A DNA stretch of 64,000 nt, from IMG/VR virus record IMGVR_UViG_3300042453_004886, positions 32,001 through 96,000 of that record; one strand, written 5' to 3'. Below, piece after piece: positions 7,879-16,916 of the stretch. This DNA is from a virus. The translations under genes and the position numbers were made by a program. Under the pieces are notes generated by a model that was not told the origin of the DNA, did not search any database, and saw only the letters and a program-made list of their open reading frames with translations. Position 1 is the first letter of the stretch, and each line of letters starts with the position of its first letter.

Positions 7879-9753
7879 TTATTTCCATTTAGGAATTTTA
7901 GATATTCTTGTAGCACCCAATACAGACATTTTAATACCAGATGCACTCCCTAGTCCATACATTTTTTCTTCTTGAGCAATACGAGCTACAACCGTTACCA
8001 CCGCGTCAGCAAGGTCTTTACTGTTTCCAAGACCTTTACCCTTGGGGTGATCGATCTTTCTACCGTTTACAAGCTGAATCTTTTTAAGCTCTTCGTGAAG
8101 TTTCTTGGCAGCTTTTGAGCTATTTGGGTCAGGTAATCTGATCAAGCCGTTGTCCAGTCTGTGCCTGAACAGCTCGTACATGGCTAGCTGTGTTGGCGCA
8201 GAGAACGTGATTTCTTCTGTGATAACTCCCTGAGTGTACAGTTTCTGTAAGCTAGCTTGGTTTTGCCAGTGGTCAAAGCTCAGTCGTCTGACGTTACGTT
8301 TCATACACACTTCAAAGATGTTCTTCTCGACATCTTGAAGATTAACGGGAATCTTGATCTTGGGATTGTTGGGATCTAACTCGGGTTCCCACTCAAGTAC
8401 CAGATCAATTACAGCAATCAAGCCCTTATCACTGGGCTCTCCGTGCCCTACAGCAAAACCAAAGCTATCGTGCTTGATACCTGGGTCTGCGTGAGCGTAA
8501 GAATACTTGTTGAACTCCATCTCTTCGAGATTGATCACCTGTAACCCGACGTAAGCTCTGTACTGGTTTGACTTCATCTCTCTGGCGGTTTCTTCTGAAA
8601 CCAGAGCCACGCCTTGGGTGTCATAAACCTTTGTAGGAGCGTACTGAGCCACGGGCTGCGCCGTTGAGTACAGTTTGAGCATTTCCTTGTTAAAGAAGTC
8701 TTCCTGAGCCCCAGGGCGAACTCCCATGTAATCTCGACGGGCACCTATGGGGTCCGTTGCAAAGAACGTGGTCAAATCTGGATCGTCTTGTCCGGTGTAG
8801 TTGGGGTTTACGTCCCAGGTACACAGTCTCAAACACATCATGCTGGTAGGATCTAGTTGACCGGTCTCAACAAGCTTCCAAAGACGGTCAGACATGTCTC
8901 CTTCTTGCCATGCAGATCCAATGCCAATTTTAATACCGCCGTCTGGATGCAGCTTGAAACGGGTAGTACCTTTACCGACGTTGTCCCAGAGAGCAAGTCC
9001 TGAGCTTTCTACAGATGCGCCAGGCTCAACGGCAAAGCGGTTGACCTCGTCCATCAGCAGTCCCCAGAGGTTCTTACCGACAAGACCTGCGCCTCTTGAG
9101 TGACCCGCACGGAAAATAACGTTCTTTTTGCGGTGAATAATCTCGGTGCTGAGGACTTCAATGTCTCCGCGCTCAATCATAGAACCAAAATATGCAGAGC
9201 TTTCCATACGTGCTTTGGTGTAAGCAAAGATGGTATCTTTGGCCTGCTGTTCATTTGTAGCGATGGATAGAACGAATACAGGGTCTCCGGGCAAAAGCCC
9301 CAGCTCTTGTCCCGGATCTTCCATTTTTGTAAGTCTGTAAAACTCGTAAGAGGACATTGCGCCCGTCAAACTGCTCTTGCTCGAGCCCATTCCGGATTCT
9401 AAGCTAAGGTTTTTATAGCGTTGTCCGGGCACCCAGAGAGCTTTTTTTTCATCAATCCACTTATCCATAATGGCGGCTTCATCAAACTCTGTGTCGTCGC
9501 TTACGCGCCATTTCTTGAGCTTCTCGCCACGCGTAGGGTCATCAGGAGAAATGCACTCTCCCCACAAGCCTTTGCTGAAAGGAATGCCGTAAAAAGCTTT
9601 CATGATGACACGCTGAGCAGGAAACAGGTACAAACCAAGAATTTCCTTGGCGTACTCAACCGGCGACAACATGGAGTTGTCGTTTTGCATGGCTTCAGAA
9701 ATGATCTGATCTAGTAGTCCATCAAAGCCGCGGTCTTTTTTATCTCTTGCCAT
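7879..9753 (-). CDS. terL: terminase large subunit
   Basis: PAQ adenine motif, Walker A-like GMGSSKS, Walker B LLMDE, nuclease motifs HADPG..HDSFG, SFDHWQ and SKDLADAV. Confidence 0.9.
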   Translation of the reverse strand: MARDKKDRGFDGLLDQIISEAMQNDNSMLSPVEYAKEILGLYLFPAQRVIMKAFYGIPFSKGLWGECISPDDPTRGEKLKKWRVSDDTEFDEAAIMDKWIDEKKALWVPGQRYKNLSLESGMGSSKSSLTGAMSSYEFYRLTKMEDPGQELGLLPGDPVFVLSIATNEQQAKDTIFAYTKARMESSAYFGSMIERGDIEVLSTEIIHRKKNVIFRAGHSRGAGLVGKNLWGLLMDEVNRFAVEPGASVESSGLALWDNVGKGTTRFKLHPDGGIKIGIGSAWQEGDMSDRLWKLVETGQLDPTSMMCLRLCTWDVNPNYTGQDDPDLTTFFATDPIGARRDYMGVRPGAQEDFFNKEMLKLYSTAQPVAQYAPTKVYDTQGVALVSEETAREMKSNQYRAYVGLQVINLEEMEFNKYSYAHADPGIKHDSFGFAVGHGEPSDKGLIAVIDLVLEWEPELDPNNPKIKIPVNLQDVEKNIFEVCMKRNVRRLSFDHWQNQASLQKLYTQGVITEEITFSAPTQLAMYELFRHRLDNGLIRLPDPNSSKAAKKLHEELKKIQLVNGRKIDHPKGKGLGNSKDLADAVVTVVARIAQEEKMYGLGSASGIKMSVLGATRISKIPKWK

Positions 9754-9762
9754 GTAGATTTC

Positions 9763-10212
9763 CTAGTCTTTTGCTAAATTACTCTCAGGGTTAGTTACGT
9801 ATACACTCTCATCTTTTTTAATGATCTGTATACTTCTTGAGTTAGATCTAAAATCATTGTAGTTTACGTAGAGTATTTCCCATTTATCCATTTTAGAAAA
9901 ATAGCATATTTCTGGAAACATAGATCCAAATACGCCTGAGTGTAAATTAACTGTACAAAGCAGGATAAAGTCTTCGGTGTAGACTTTATAGCTTCCTAAA
10001 ATTCCAGGAAGCGTTACACCTCCGAGTAAGTCACCTGTTTCTACAAATATGCTTACATCGGGATGATTTATAACCTTCAAAGCAACATCAGGAGGAATAT
10101 CGTTTTGAACTTTTTCCAGACTTTCTACATCTGAAAAAAGCTGATTAACAGAATCCTTGTACTCATCGTTTACACTAAAACCAGGTTGATTGATAGACAT
10201 ATTACTTTCCAC
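9763..10212 (-). CDS. hypothetical protein
   Basis: 149 aa directly upstream of terL; no recognisable motif. Confidence 0.55.
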   Translation of the reverse strand: MESNMSINQPGFSVNDEYKDSVNQLFSDVESLEKVQNDIPPDVALKVINHPDVSIFVETGDLLGGVTLPGILGSYKVYTEDFILLCTVNLHSGVFGSMFPEICYFSKMDKWEILYVNYNDFRSNSRSIQIIKKDESVYVTNPESNLAKD

Positions 10213-13200
10213 TTCCTATTCTTTCCAGTACTCTTAACATTGTCCAGTAGTAATAACCCGGTAATTCAGATTCTAGTAGCTGAGTTTCATTACCAGTTTT
10301 ATCTACCCCAAATAGTCTTATTTCTCCTGTAGTAAGTCTTCTGCTAATAATCGTTTTATACTTCAAGTAAGGATCTGCTGGTACACCCTTTCCACCATTA
10401 AATATTTCATTAATTTCTCTTTGAGTGATTACTTGGTTTGAATTTGAACTGTTTACTTTTGCTTTTATTAAGCTTGATACACCTTCTCTAATATAGTTTA
10501 TATCTTGTAATTCTACAGGATTTATAGGTTTAATATTATTAGTGTTATTCGGTATTAAAACATCTGATCTAGGTATATCTGATAAATCAACACCAGCTAA
10601 ATTTAAGTTTACACTGCTAATAAAAATAATTGAGTTTATATCTATTCCATGAGAAACACACAAAGTACCTAGTATACTAAGTAAATTATTTATCTGTGTA
10701 TTACTTATACTTCTTGTATTGCTAGTATGGCTGTCGCACTCTAATCCTATAAATATAGAGTTTTCTCCTAAGTTGTCGATTCTGCTTCCGTCTTCAATAG
10801 TAATGTAAGCTTTTTTAGGATCTAAAGTACTTACAATTCCTTCAAGTTTAGTTAAAACATTTTCTACTCTTTGTTCTATAGTTCCATCTTTTCGTACAAC
10901 AAAATGGAGAGTTTCTTGTGTACTAGTCTGATCCATATCTTTATTAAATAATCTTATTATTATTCGGGTGGGCTTTAAATCCTGAGTTTTATTACCTGTA
11001 GTCTTAGGTGGAAATTTTATAACTTTAACAGGATTTATAGAAAATTTTATTATATTTTCCGAGTAATTGTATAAAATTTGAACAAGCTCTCCCGTTCTTG
11101 GATCAAATTCGTAAGAATTACCGGAACTTTCTACGTAGGTACCATTTGAACTTTTTGCTAAGCTTCTCATTTTTCTAGAGTTAAGGACTTCTTTTAAAAG
11201 CGCTCTTGCTCCGGCGGGAGTTAAATCTATTACTCCTGAACTTTCTCCAGGAATTGGGTTTCTTCTTATAAACACGCCCTGTATAGGGCTAAACGAAACT
11301 TGACTAATCTGGGTGGGAGTATGGGTACCCCCTTTAACTTTTCTTGATATACCTGTTTTTACAAGAATTAGATCTCTCCAATTACGCTCTAAGTAGTAAG
11401 CAAATCCTTCCCCACTATATTTATCTCCTTGGTAGTGATTTGCGATATTACTGTACTCATCTTTTGTAGCCTGTGGTAAATCTATAGGCCATGGTAACCC
11501 TGTTAGCTCTTGCAAATAATGAGCAAACTCGTGAGCCGTAACACTTAAATAGTCTACTCCCCCAATTAAACGATAATACTTTACGATACTATTATAAGAA
11601 ATTTTTATTATATTTCCGCTATCGTACACTCCTATTGCCCATGTAGTATATATTTCGTGGTCACCCGTGGTTCCTACAAGATCAGTAGAACTAACATTTA
11701 AACTTGTTGGAGCCTCTACCCCGAATACTTCAGCTAATCGAATAGCAAGTTCTTGTGAAGTTTTTGGCATAGGCCTTAACAGTGTAAAACTATTTGTAGC
11801 TGCATCAGTTAGTACGTCAACAGAATCTATACTTACAGAGTTTGCAGTACTTTCAGGGTTAAACTCAAGTTTTAGCGTATTTTCATTGAAACTGTGATCG
11901 GGTATAGGTTGGTTTGTAGCTGCATCCACTATTTCTAGTTTAAACTCTTTAAATTCTTTATTAAGGGGTTTACCTACATCATTTACTAAAACTTCGTTTG
12001 ATCTAGTATTTTCAAATTGATTTAATTCAAATGTTTTTTCTACTTCCCAACTCTGAGAAGAGTTTGTTCTTACGTATAAAGTTACTCTTACTCTACTTGG
12101 GTGATCAGGTATATTAACTGAGAACGAGCTAACTGGCTCAGCTTTATTAAACACTATTGTTACAGTAGTATTCGTATAGGAGTAGTGTCCTTGCTGAAGT
12201 AGTCTAATAGGGTTACTTGTAGTTACTTGCGTGCTTTTTACTGAAGAAGAAGACGCTAGATGATCTAAAGTTTCTACCATGCTTAAAAAGTAAAACTTAA
12301 GTGCTTCTTTTTGGTTCCAAGTTAGTTCTCTATCTTGACTATCGTTTACTACTAAAAACGGAGGGTCTAAATACGCTAGTCTACCGTATTTATTTAATCT
12401 AACTGCCTGTATAGGGGCTTTAAGATCAAGATTTATGTCTATACCAGATTGTTTTATTTCAAATAAGGTAAGAAGATAGTGTTGATTACTGCTGTACCTT
12501 GTGTGAGCATCCTCTTGTCTTAACATACCCTCGGAAGGACTGAAATATAAGGGTATGTCTTTATTTGTTTCTGAATCTTTAAAAGTTAAAGTTATTTTTG
12601 GTCTTAGTAATAGTCCAGAATTTTGTGTTGTTTGAACTATTTTTCTATATTTTGTACTAGAGCTGTTTTGTTTTTCAATCCAATCTATATGGTAATGTGT
12701 GTAATAAATATTCTTATGTCCTTTTACTGCATTACCAGAAGCATCTTGAAAAGTAGACTCAGTATTTGCAGATATTGGAAAGTATCCAATTTTTGGAACC
12801 AAGGAAAAAGTTACGTTAGTAAGTACTCTTTTAAAAGTTTTTGTTTTTTCATCATATTCAGCAATATAGGGAGTTCCATCTGTCTCAAATAATATAACGT
12901 AATTGTCTGTACCGTTCATAACAGCGGTACGACTAAGTTCGGGACTTATATATTTGTCTGAAAATATTACTATACCCCTATTACTTCTAGTTGTTTCGTT
13001 TTCTAGAGTAAGGTCAGAGTAAAGTCTAAAGTAATCCCCAATATTTGTTTTAAATCTGTAATCTAGGTAAACAGCATCTGTTGGTAATTGAATATATTTA
13101 GAGTTTGTAGATAAGATTTGCTTTAATAGTAGCTTTGCATTTTCTCTATCTATGTAAGCAACTTTTCCTGTTGTTATTACAAAAAATTGTCTAGTTATCG

Positions 13201-13549
13201 GATTAAACGACAATTCCTTGTAGGAGTAAGTAGGTAAAAATTGATCGTTTAATTCTTTTTGTTTAAAAAGCTTGGCTTTACTAGTCGGTAACTTGAGAGA
13301 CCTATCTCCACTAATTATTGAGGCTGCCTTTACTATTTTTGTAGACTTTATAGCATAAATTCCTTTTCTTGTTTTTTCTTCAACATCATCTACAATACTT
13401 GATACAAGCTCAGCATCTTCTTTTCCAACCTTTATTATTTCTCTAACTATGCTTTTTAGTACTCTTTGTAAAGTAGAGTAATGCCTTCTAAGAGCAGCTA
13501 TATCTAAATAAGATTTAGATATTTTATTAGACTTTTTTGGATCAGCCAT
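10202..13549 (-). CDS. 1115-aa virion-associated protein: jelly-roll-like domain, zincin metallopeptidase, degenerate amidase-like domain (paralog A)
   Basis: HEFAH near 11519-11533 followed by EGFAYY; LHFVVRKDGTIEQ...SIFIGLECD amidase-like core; full-length similarity to 13551..16916. Confidence 0.7.
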   Translation of the reverse strand: MADPKKSNKISKSYLDIAALRRHYSTLQRVLKSIVREIIKVGKEDAELVSSIVDDVEEKTRKGIYAIKSTKIVKAASIISGDRSLKLPTSKAKLFKQKELNDQFLPTYSYKELSFNPITRQFFVITTGKVAYIDRENAKLLLKQILSTNSKYIQLPTDAVYLDYRFKTNIGDYFRLYSDLTLENETTRSNRGIVIFSDKYISPELSRTAVMNGTDNYVILFETDGTPYIAEYDEKTKTFKRVLTNVTFSLVPKIGYFPISANTESTFQDASGNAVKGHKNIYYTHYHIDWIEKQNSSSTKYRKIVQTTQNSGLLLRPKITLTFKDSETNKDIPLYFSPSEGMLRQEDAHTRYSSNQHYLLTLFEIKQSGIDINLDLKAPIQAVRLNKYGRLAYLDPPFLVVNDSQDRELTWNQKEALKFYFLSMVETLDHLASSSSVKSTQVTTSNPIRLLQQGHYSYTNTTVTIVFNKAEPVSSFSVNIPDHPSRVRVTLYVRTNSSQSWEVEKTFELNQFENTRSNEVLVNDVGKPLNKEFKEFKLEIVDAATNQPIPDHSFNENTLKLEFNPESTANSVSIDSVDVLTDAATNSFTLLRPMPKTSQELAIRLAEVFGVEAPTSLNVSSTDLVGTTGDHEIYTTWAIGVYDSGNIIKISYNSIVKYYRLIGGVDYLSVTAHEFAHYLQELTGLPWPIDLPQATKDEYSNIANHYQGDKYSGEGFAYYLERNWRDLILVKTGISRKVKGGTHTPTQISQVSFSPIQGVFIRRNPIPGESSGVIDLTPAGARALLKEVLNSRKMRSLAKSSNGTYVESSGNSYEFDPRTGELVQILYNYSENIIKFSINPVKVIKFPPKTTGNKTQDLKPTRIIIRLFNKDMDQTSTQETLHFVVRKDGTIEQRVENVLTKLEGIVSTLDPKKAYITIEDGSRIDNLGENSIFIGLECDSHTSNTRSISNTQINNLLSILGTLCVSHGIDINSIIFISSVNLNLAGVDLSDIPRSDVLIPNNTNNIKPINPVELQDINYIREGVSSLIKAKVNSSNSNQVITQREINEIFNGGKGVPADPYLKYKTIISRRLTTGEIRLFGVDKTGNETQLLESELPGYYYWTMLRVLERIGSGK

Positions 13550-13550
13550 A

Positions 13551-16500
13551 CTATTTTCTTCCAGCTATTCTAAGCAAAGCTCTTACTGAGGAGTGATAGT
13601 AATAAGCTGGTAATTCAGATTCTAGTAGTTGAATTTCGTTACCAAGTTTATCTATTCCAAACAGCCGCATCTGTCCATTAGGGAGTCTTCTGCTAATAAT
13701 TGTTTTATACTTTAAATGGGGATCAGGTGGCACACCCCTACCGTTATTAAATAATTGGTTAATTTCTTTATAAGTAATAAGGTGATTTAAATTTATACTA
13801 TTTTTATTGGAACCCTTAGATTTTATTAGATTTTCAACAGCTTCTATTATGTAATTTATATCTTGTAAATCTCCAGGACTTACGTTTATACTCATTATTT
13901 CTTGTATAGAAAACGTCGAGCCTTTTACAACATTACTAAAGAAAATTGAATCTTTCTCTATTCTGTAAGATAACCTAATTACAGCTAGCAAGCTAAACAA
14001 AGATTCTATTTGTTTAGGGGTTATGTGAGAGTTATAAATGTCGGCTGGGTCACACTCTATACCTATAACCATAGAATCAGAGAACAAACTGTCAATTTTA
14101 AGATTACCTTGTTGAATGTAAGCACTATCTGAGCTAAAAGATGACAGACAAGTTAAAATATTATTTACTTTTTGTTCAATAGTCCCATCTTTTTTTACAA
14201 CAAAATGAAACGTTTCTTCAGTTTTAGTAGCATGCGTAGAACTTTGAAACATTTTCAATATAATTCTGTTTACAAAGACCATAAGTCCAGGACCCCTGTT
14301 GGGGTATTTTGGAGGCAGATCTACTTTTTCTACAGGCTTTACATTAAACTTTACTAAGTTTGCTGCGTAATTCGTTGAAATCTGACCAAACTCTCCTGTT
14401 CTTGGATCAAACCTGTAAACATTTGAAGATGCATCTATATACTGTATTTCTCCATTAATATTACTTACTGTTGGTAAGTTTCTTACTCCTTGATTATTGT
14501 GTATTTCTCTTAAAAGAAGCTGAGCAACCGCGGGAGTCAGGTCTAAAGAACCTTTATATTCTCCAGTTACAGGATCTCTTCTCATAAAAAGTCCTTGAAT
14601 GGGGCTAAAACTAACTTCCTCTAGTCTAGTTACCTGATAACTTCCTTCAGCTACTTCGGTTAGTACACCTGTTTTTACAATAATAAGGTCTTTCCAGTTC
14701 TCTTCTACGTAGTATGCAAATCCTTCTAATGACCTGTTTTCACCTTGTCTTGTATCAGCGTAGTTACTGTATTCGTCTTTTGTAGCTTGCGGTAAGTTAA
14801 CAGGCCAAGGTACTCCTGTTAAGTCTTGCAAGTAGTGAGCAAACTCGTGTGCAACAACGTTTAAAACGTCACCCTTATAAAACCTAACTGTATCTGCCAA
14901 TTTTATTCTTACTATGTTTCCACCGTCAGTGTATGTACCAATTGCGTCAGTACTGTGAATAACGTGATCACCACTGTTTCCGGAAAGTAAATCAACAATA
15001 TAACCTGATGGAGCTTCCACTCCAAACGATTCCGCTAATCTACTTAAAAGCTCTGCAATAGCACGATCAACATCAGATTTATCTTGAACATTAGATATTC
15101 TTGGAAGGGGTCTTAACAGCTTAAAACTATTAGTTGATGTATCTGTTAAAGCATCAACAGAGTTTATATCTACTAAAGGTACGTGTGACTCGTGTTTGTA
15201 CTCAAGTTTAAACGTATTCTGATTAAAGCCACTAGAAGATGGTAAACTATTTCCAAAAACATCAACTATACGTAATTTAAACTCTCTATATTCAACTGCA
15301 GTTGTACTATCTTTTTCTAATATTTCTATACCAGTCCTAGATGCTTCCGGGTAAATTCCTGCACTATCTGCAAACAGCGATATTTCATTTAGTTGAGTCC
15401 AGCTTTGACTTGAGTTTACTCTTCCAGATACAATCAATCGAATAACTTGAGGGTTGCTTGACGAGTAAGGGATTACAACAGAAAACCGATTTACTACTTG
15501 TGGTCTGCTAAATACAACAGTTATTTCACTATTTGTAAAAGAGTACTGTCCGTTTTGCATCACTTTAGGTGGAGAAATTTGAATATTTAGTCTGCTTTTT
15601 AATGATCTTTCAGAAGATAAATGATCTAGTGCTTTTACCATGCTTAAGAAATAAAATATTAAAGCTTCTCTTTGATTCCAACTAAGTTCTCTATCAGGAC
15701 TATCGTTTGTTATTAAGTATGGGAAATCTAAGTAAGCCAGCTTACCATATTTATTTGTTTTAACGACCTGTACAAAATTTTTCCAGTCAAACCCCATACC
15801 TGATTCTACTATTTCAAACAAGGTAAGAAGATAATGCTGATTGCTGCTGTATCTTGTGTGAGCATCATCTTGTCTTAACATACCCTCTGAAGCGCTAAAG
15901 TACAGGGGAATGTCTTTACCTGTCTCCGAGTCTTTAAATCTTAGAGTTATTTTTGGTCTAAGAGATCCCTTGTTTTCTTCTTGTTGAAATATTTTTCTGT
16001 ACTTAAGTGGTGAATTATTTTGTTTTTCTACTTCAACAATTTGATTGTCTTCCATGTAGTCTAAATCATAAAATGATTTTGCTCTATTGTTAGGATCTAG
16101 TACTGTGTGTTTAGTGTGTGAGCTTACAAGATAGTAACCAGTCTTGGGAATTAGTGAAAACTTTATATGACTAAGAACCTTTGTAAATGTCCTTGTTTTT
16201 TTATTATACTCCGCAATATAAGGTGTTCCATCTGCTTCAAACAGTATACCAAGTTGAAAGTCATTGCCTACAGGACCAAGTGCAATAAGCTCTCTTTTTA
16301 AATCTTTATCTGCAAATATAACTAAATCTACTCTTTGATTTGTTGTTTGCTCAAATTCTAGAGAATTATTAGAGTAAACTCTATAATAGTTATTTTCTGA
16401 TGTTCTAATTCTATACGCTAAGTACGGAGCTTCAACAGCTAGCTGTAGATATTGGGAGTTTGTAGATAAAATTTGCTCTAGTATAAGTGCTGCGTTTTCT

Positions 16501-16916
16501 CTGGTAATAAAAGCAACTCTACCTGTTGATATTACAAAAAACTGACCTGTCAGTGGATTAAATGAAAGTTCTTTGTAAGAGTAAATAATATTACCACTTT
16601 TATCAAGAGCAGTAGTAGAGCTATCTAAAAGATCTTGTTTTAAGTTATTAAGATCTTTTTGTGTAGGTAGTTTTTTAGGTTTTTTTGGAACAAGTCGTTT
16701 GTCTACTAAGTTTACTTTTGGTTTTTTAAGTCTTCTTATTCCCTTTGCTTTATACTCACCTGTTTTAGGGTCTCTTACCATATCTATATAGTCGTCAGAT
16801 CCTGTTGATAAAGACACTACTTCTTTAGCTTTTTGCTTTAACGCCATTAAAAGGGCACGCCAGTATACTCTAGCCGCTGGAGATGTTGCAATTTTTACTA
16901 AGCTCTCAACGCCCAT
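13551..16916 (-). CDS. 1121-aa paralog B with the same architecture
   Basis: HEFAH near 14835-14849, EGFAYY, FHFVVKKDGTIEQ...MVIGIECD; shares near-identical blocks with paralog A. Confidence 0.7.
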   Translation of the reverse strand: MGVESLVKIATSPAARVYWRALLMALKQKAKEVVSLSTGSDDYIDMVRDPKTGEYKAKGIRRLKKPKVNLVDKRLVPKKPKKLPTQKDLNNLKQDLLDSSTTALDKSGNIIYSYKELSFNPLTGQFFVISTGRVAFITRENAALILEQILSTNSQYLQLAVEAPYLAYRIRTSENNYYRVYSNNSLEFEQTTNQRVDLVIFADKDLKRELIALGPVGNDFQLGILFEADGTPYIAEYNKKTRTFTKVLSHIKFSLIPKTGYYLVSSHTKHTVLDPNNRAKSFYDLDYMEDNQIVEVEKQNNSPLKYRKIFQQEENKGSLRPKITLRFKDSETGKDIPLYFSASEGMLRQDDAHTRYSSNQHYLLTLFEIVESGMGFDWKNFVQVVKTNKYGKLAYLDFPYLITNDSPDRELSWNQREALIFYFLSMVKALDHLSSERSLKSRLNIQISPPKVMQNGQYSFTNSEITVVFSRPQVVNRFSVVIPYSSSNPQVIRLIVSGRVNSSQSWTQLNEISLFADSAGIYPEASRTGIEILEKDSTTAVEYREFKLRIVDVFGNSLPSSSGFNQNTFKLEYKHESHVPLVDINSVDALTDTSTNSFKLLRPLPRISNVQDKSDVDRAIAELLSRLAESFGVEAPSGYIVDLLSGNSGDHVIHSTDAIGTYTDGGNIVRIKLADTVRFYKGDVLNVVAHEFAHYLQDLTGVPWPVNLPQATKDEYSNYADTRQGENRSLEGFAYYVEENWKDLIIVKTGVLTEVAEGSYQVTRLEEVSFSPIQGLFMRRDPVTGEYKGSLDLTPAVAQLLLREIHNNQGVRNLPTVSNINGEIQYIDASSNVYRFDPRTGEFGQISTNYAANLVKFNVKPVEKVDLPPKYPNRGPGLMVFVNRIILKMFQSSTHATKTEETFHFVVKKDGTIEQKVNNILTCLSSFSSDSAYIQQGNLKIDSLFSDSMVIGIECDPADIYNSHITPKQIESLFSLLAVIRLSYRIEKDSIFFSNVVKGSTFSIQEIMSINVSPGDLQDINYIIEAVENLIKSKGSNKNSINLNHLITYKEINQLFNNGRGVPPDPHLKYKTIISRRLPNGQMRLFGIDKLGNEIQLLESELPAYYYHSSVRALLRIAGRK

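Noticed and set aside
7879-9753. Intein or intron in terminase (also checked portal and MCP)
   Set aside because: Motifs are continuous, lengths are ordinary and no splice or homing endonuclease motifs were seen.
9763-10212. Small terminase subunit by position
   Set aside because: No helix-turn-helix or oligomerisation pattern seen; position alone is not enough.
12470-15900. Near-identical DNA blocks in the twins as a DGR template/variable pair
   Set aside because: Both copies are mid-gene coding sequence, differences look mostly synonymous and not adenine-specific, and no reverse transcriptase is in the window.
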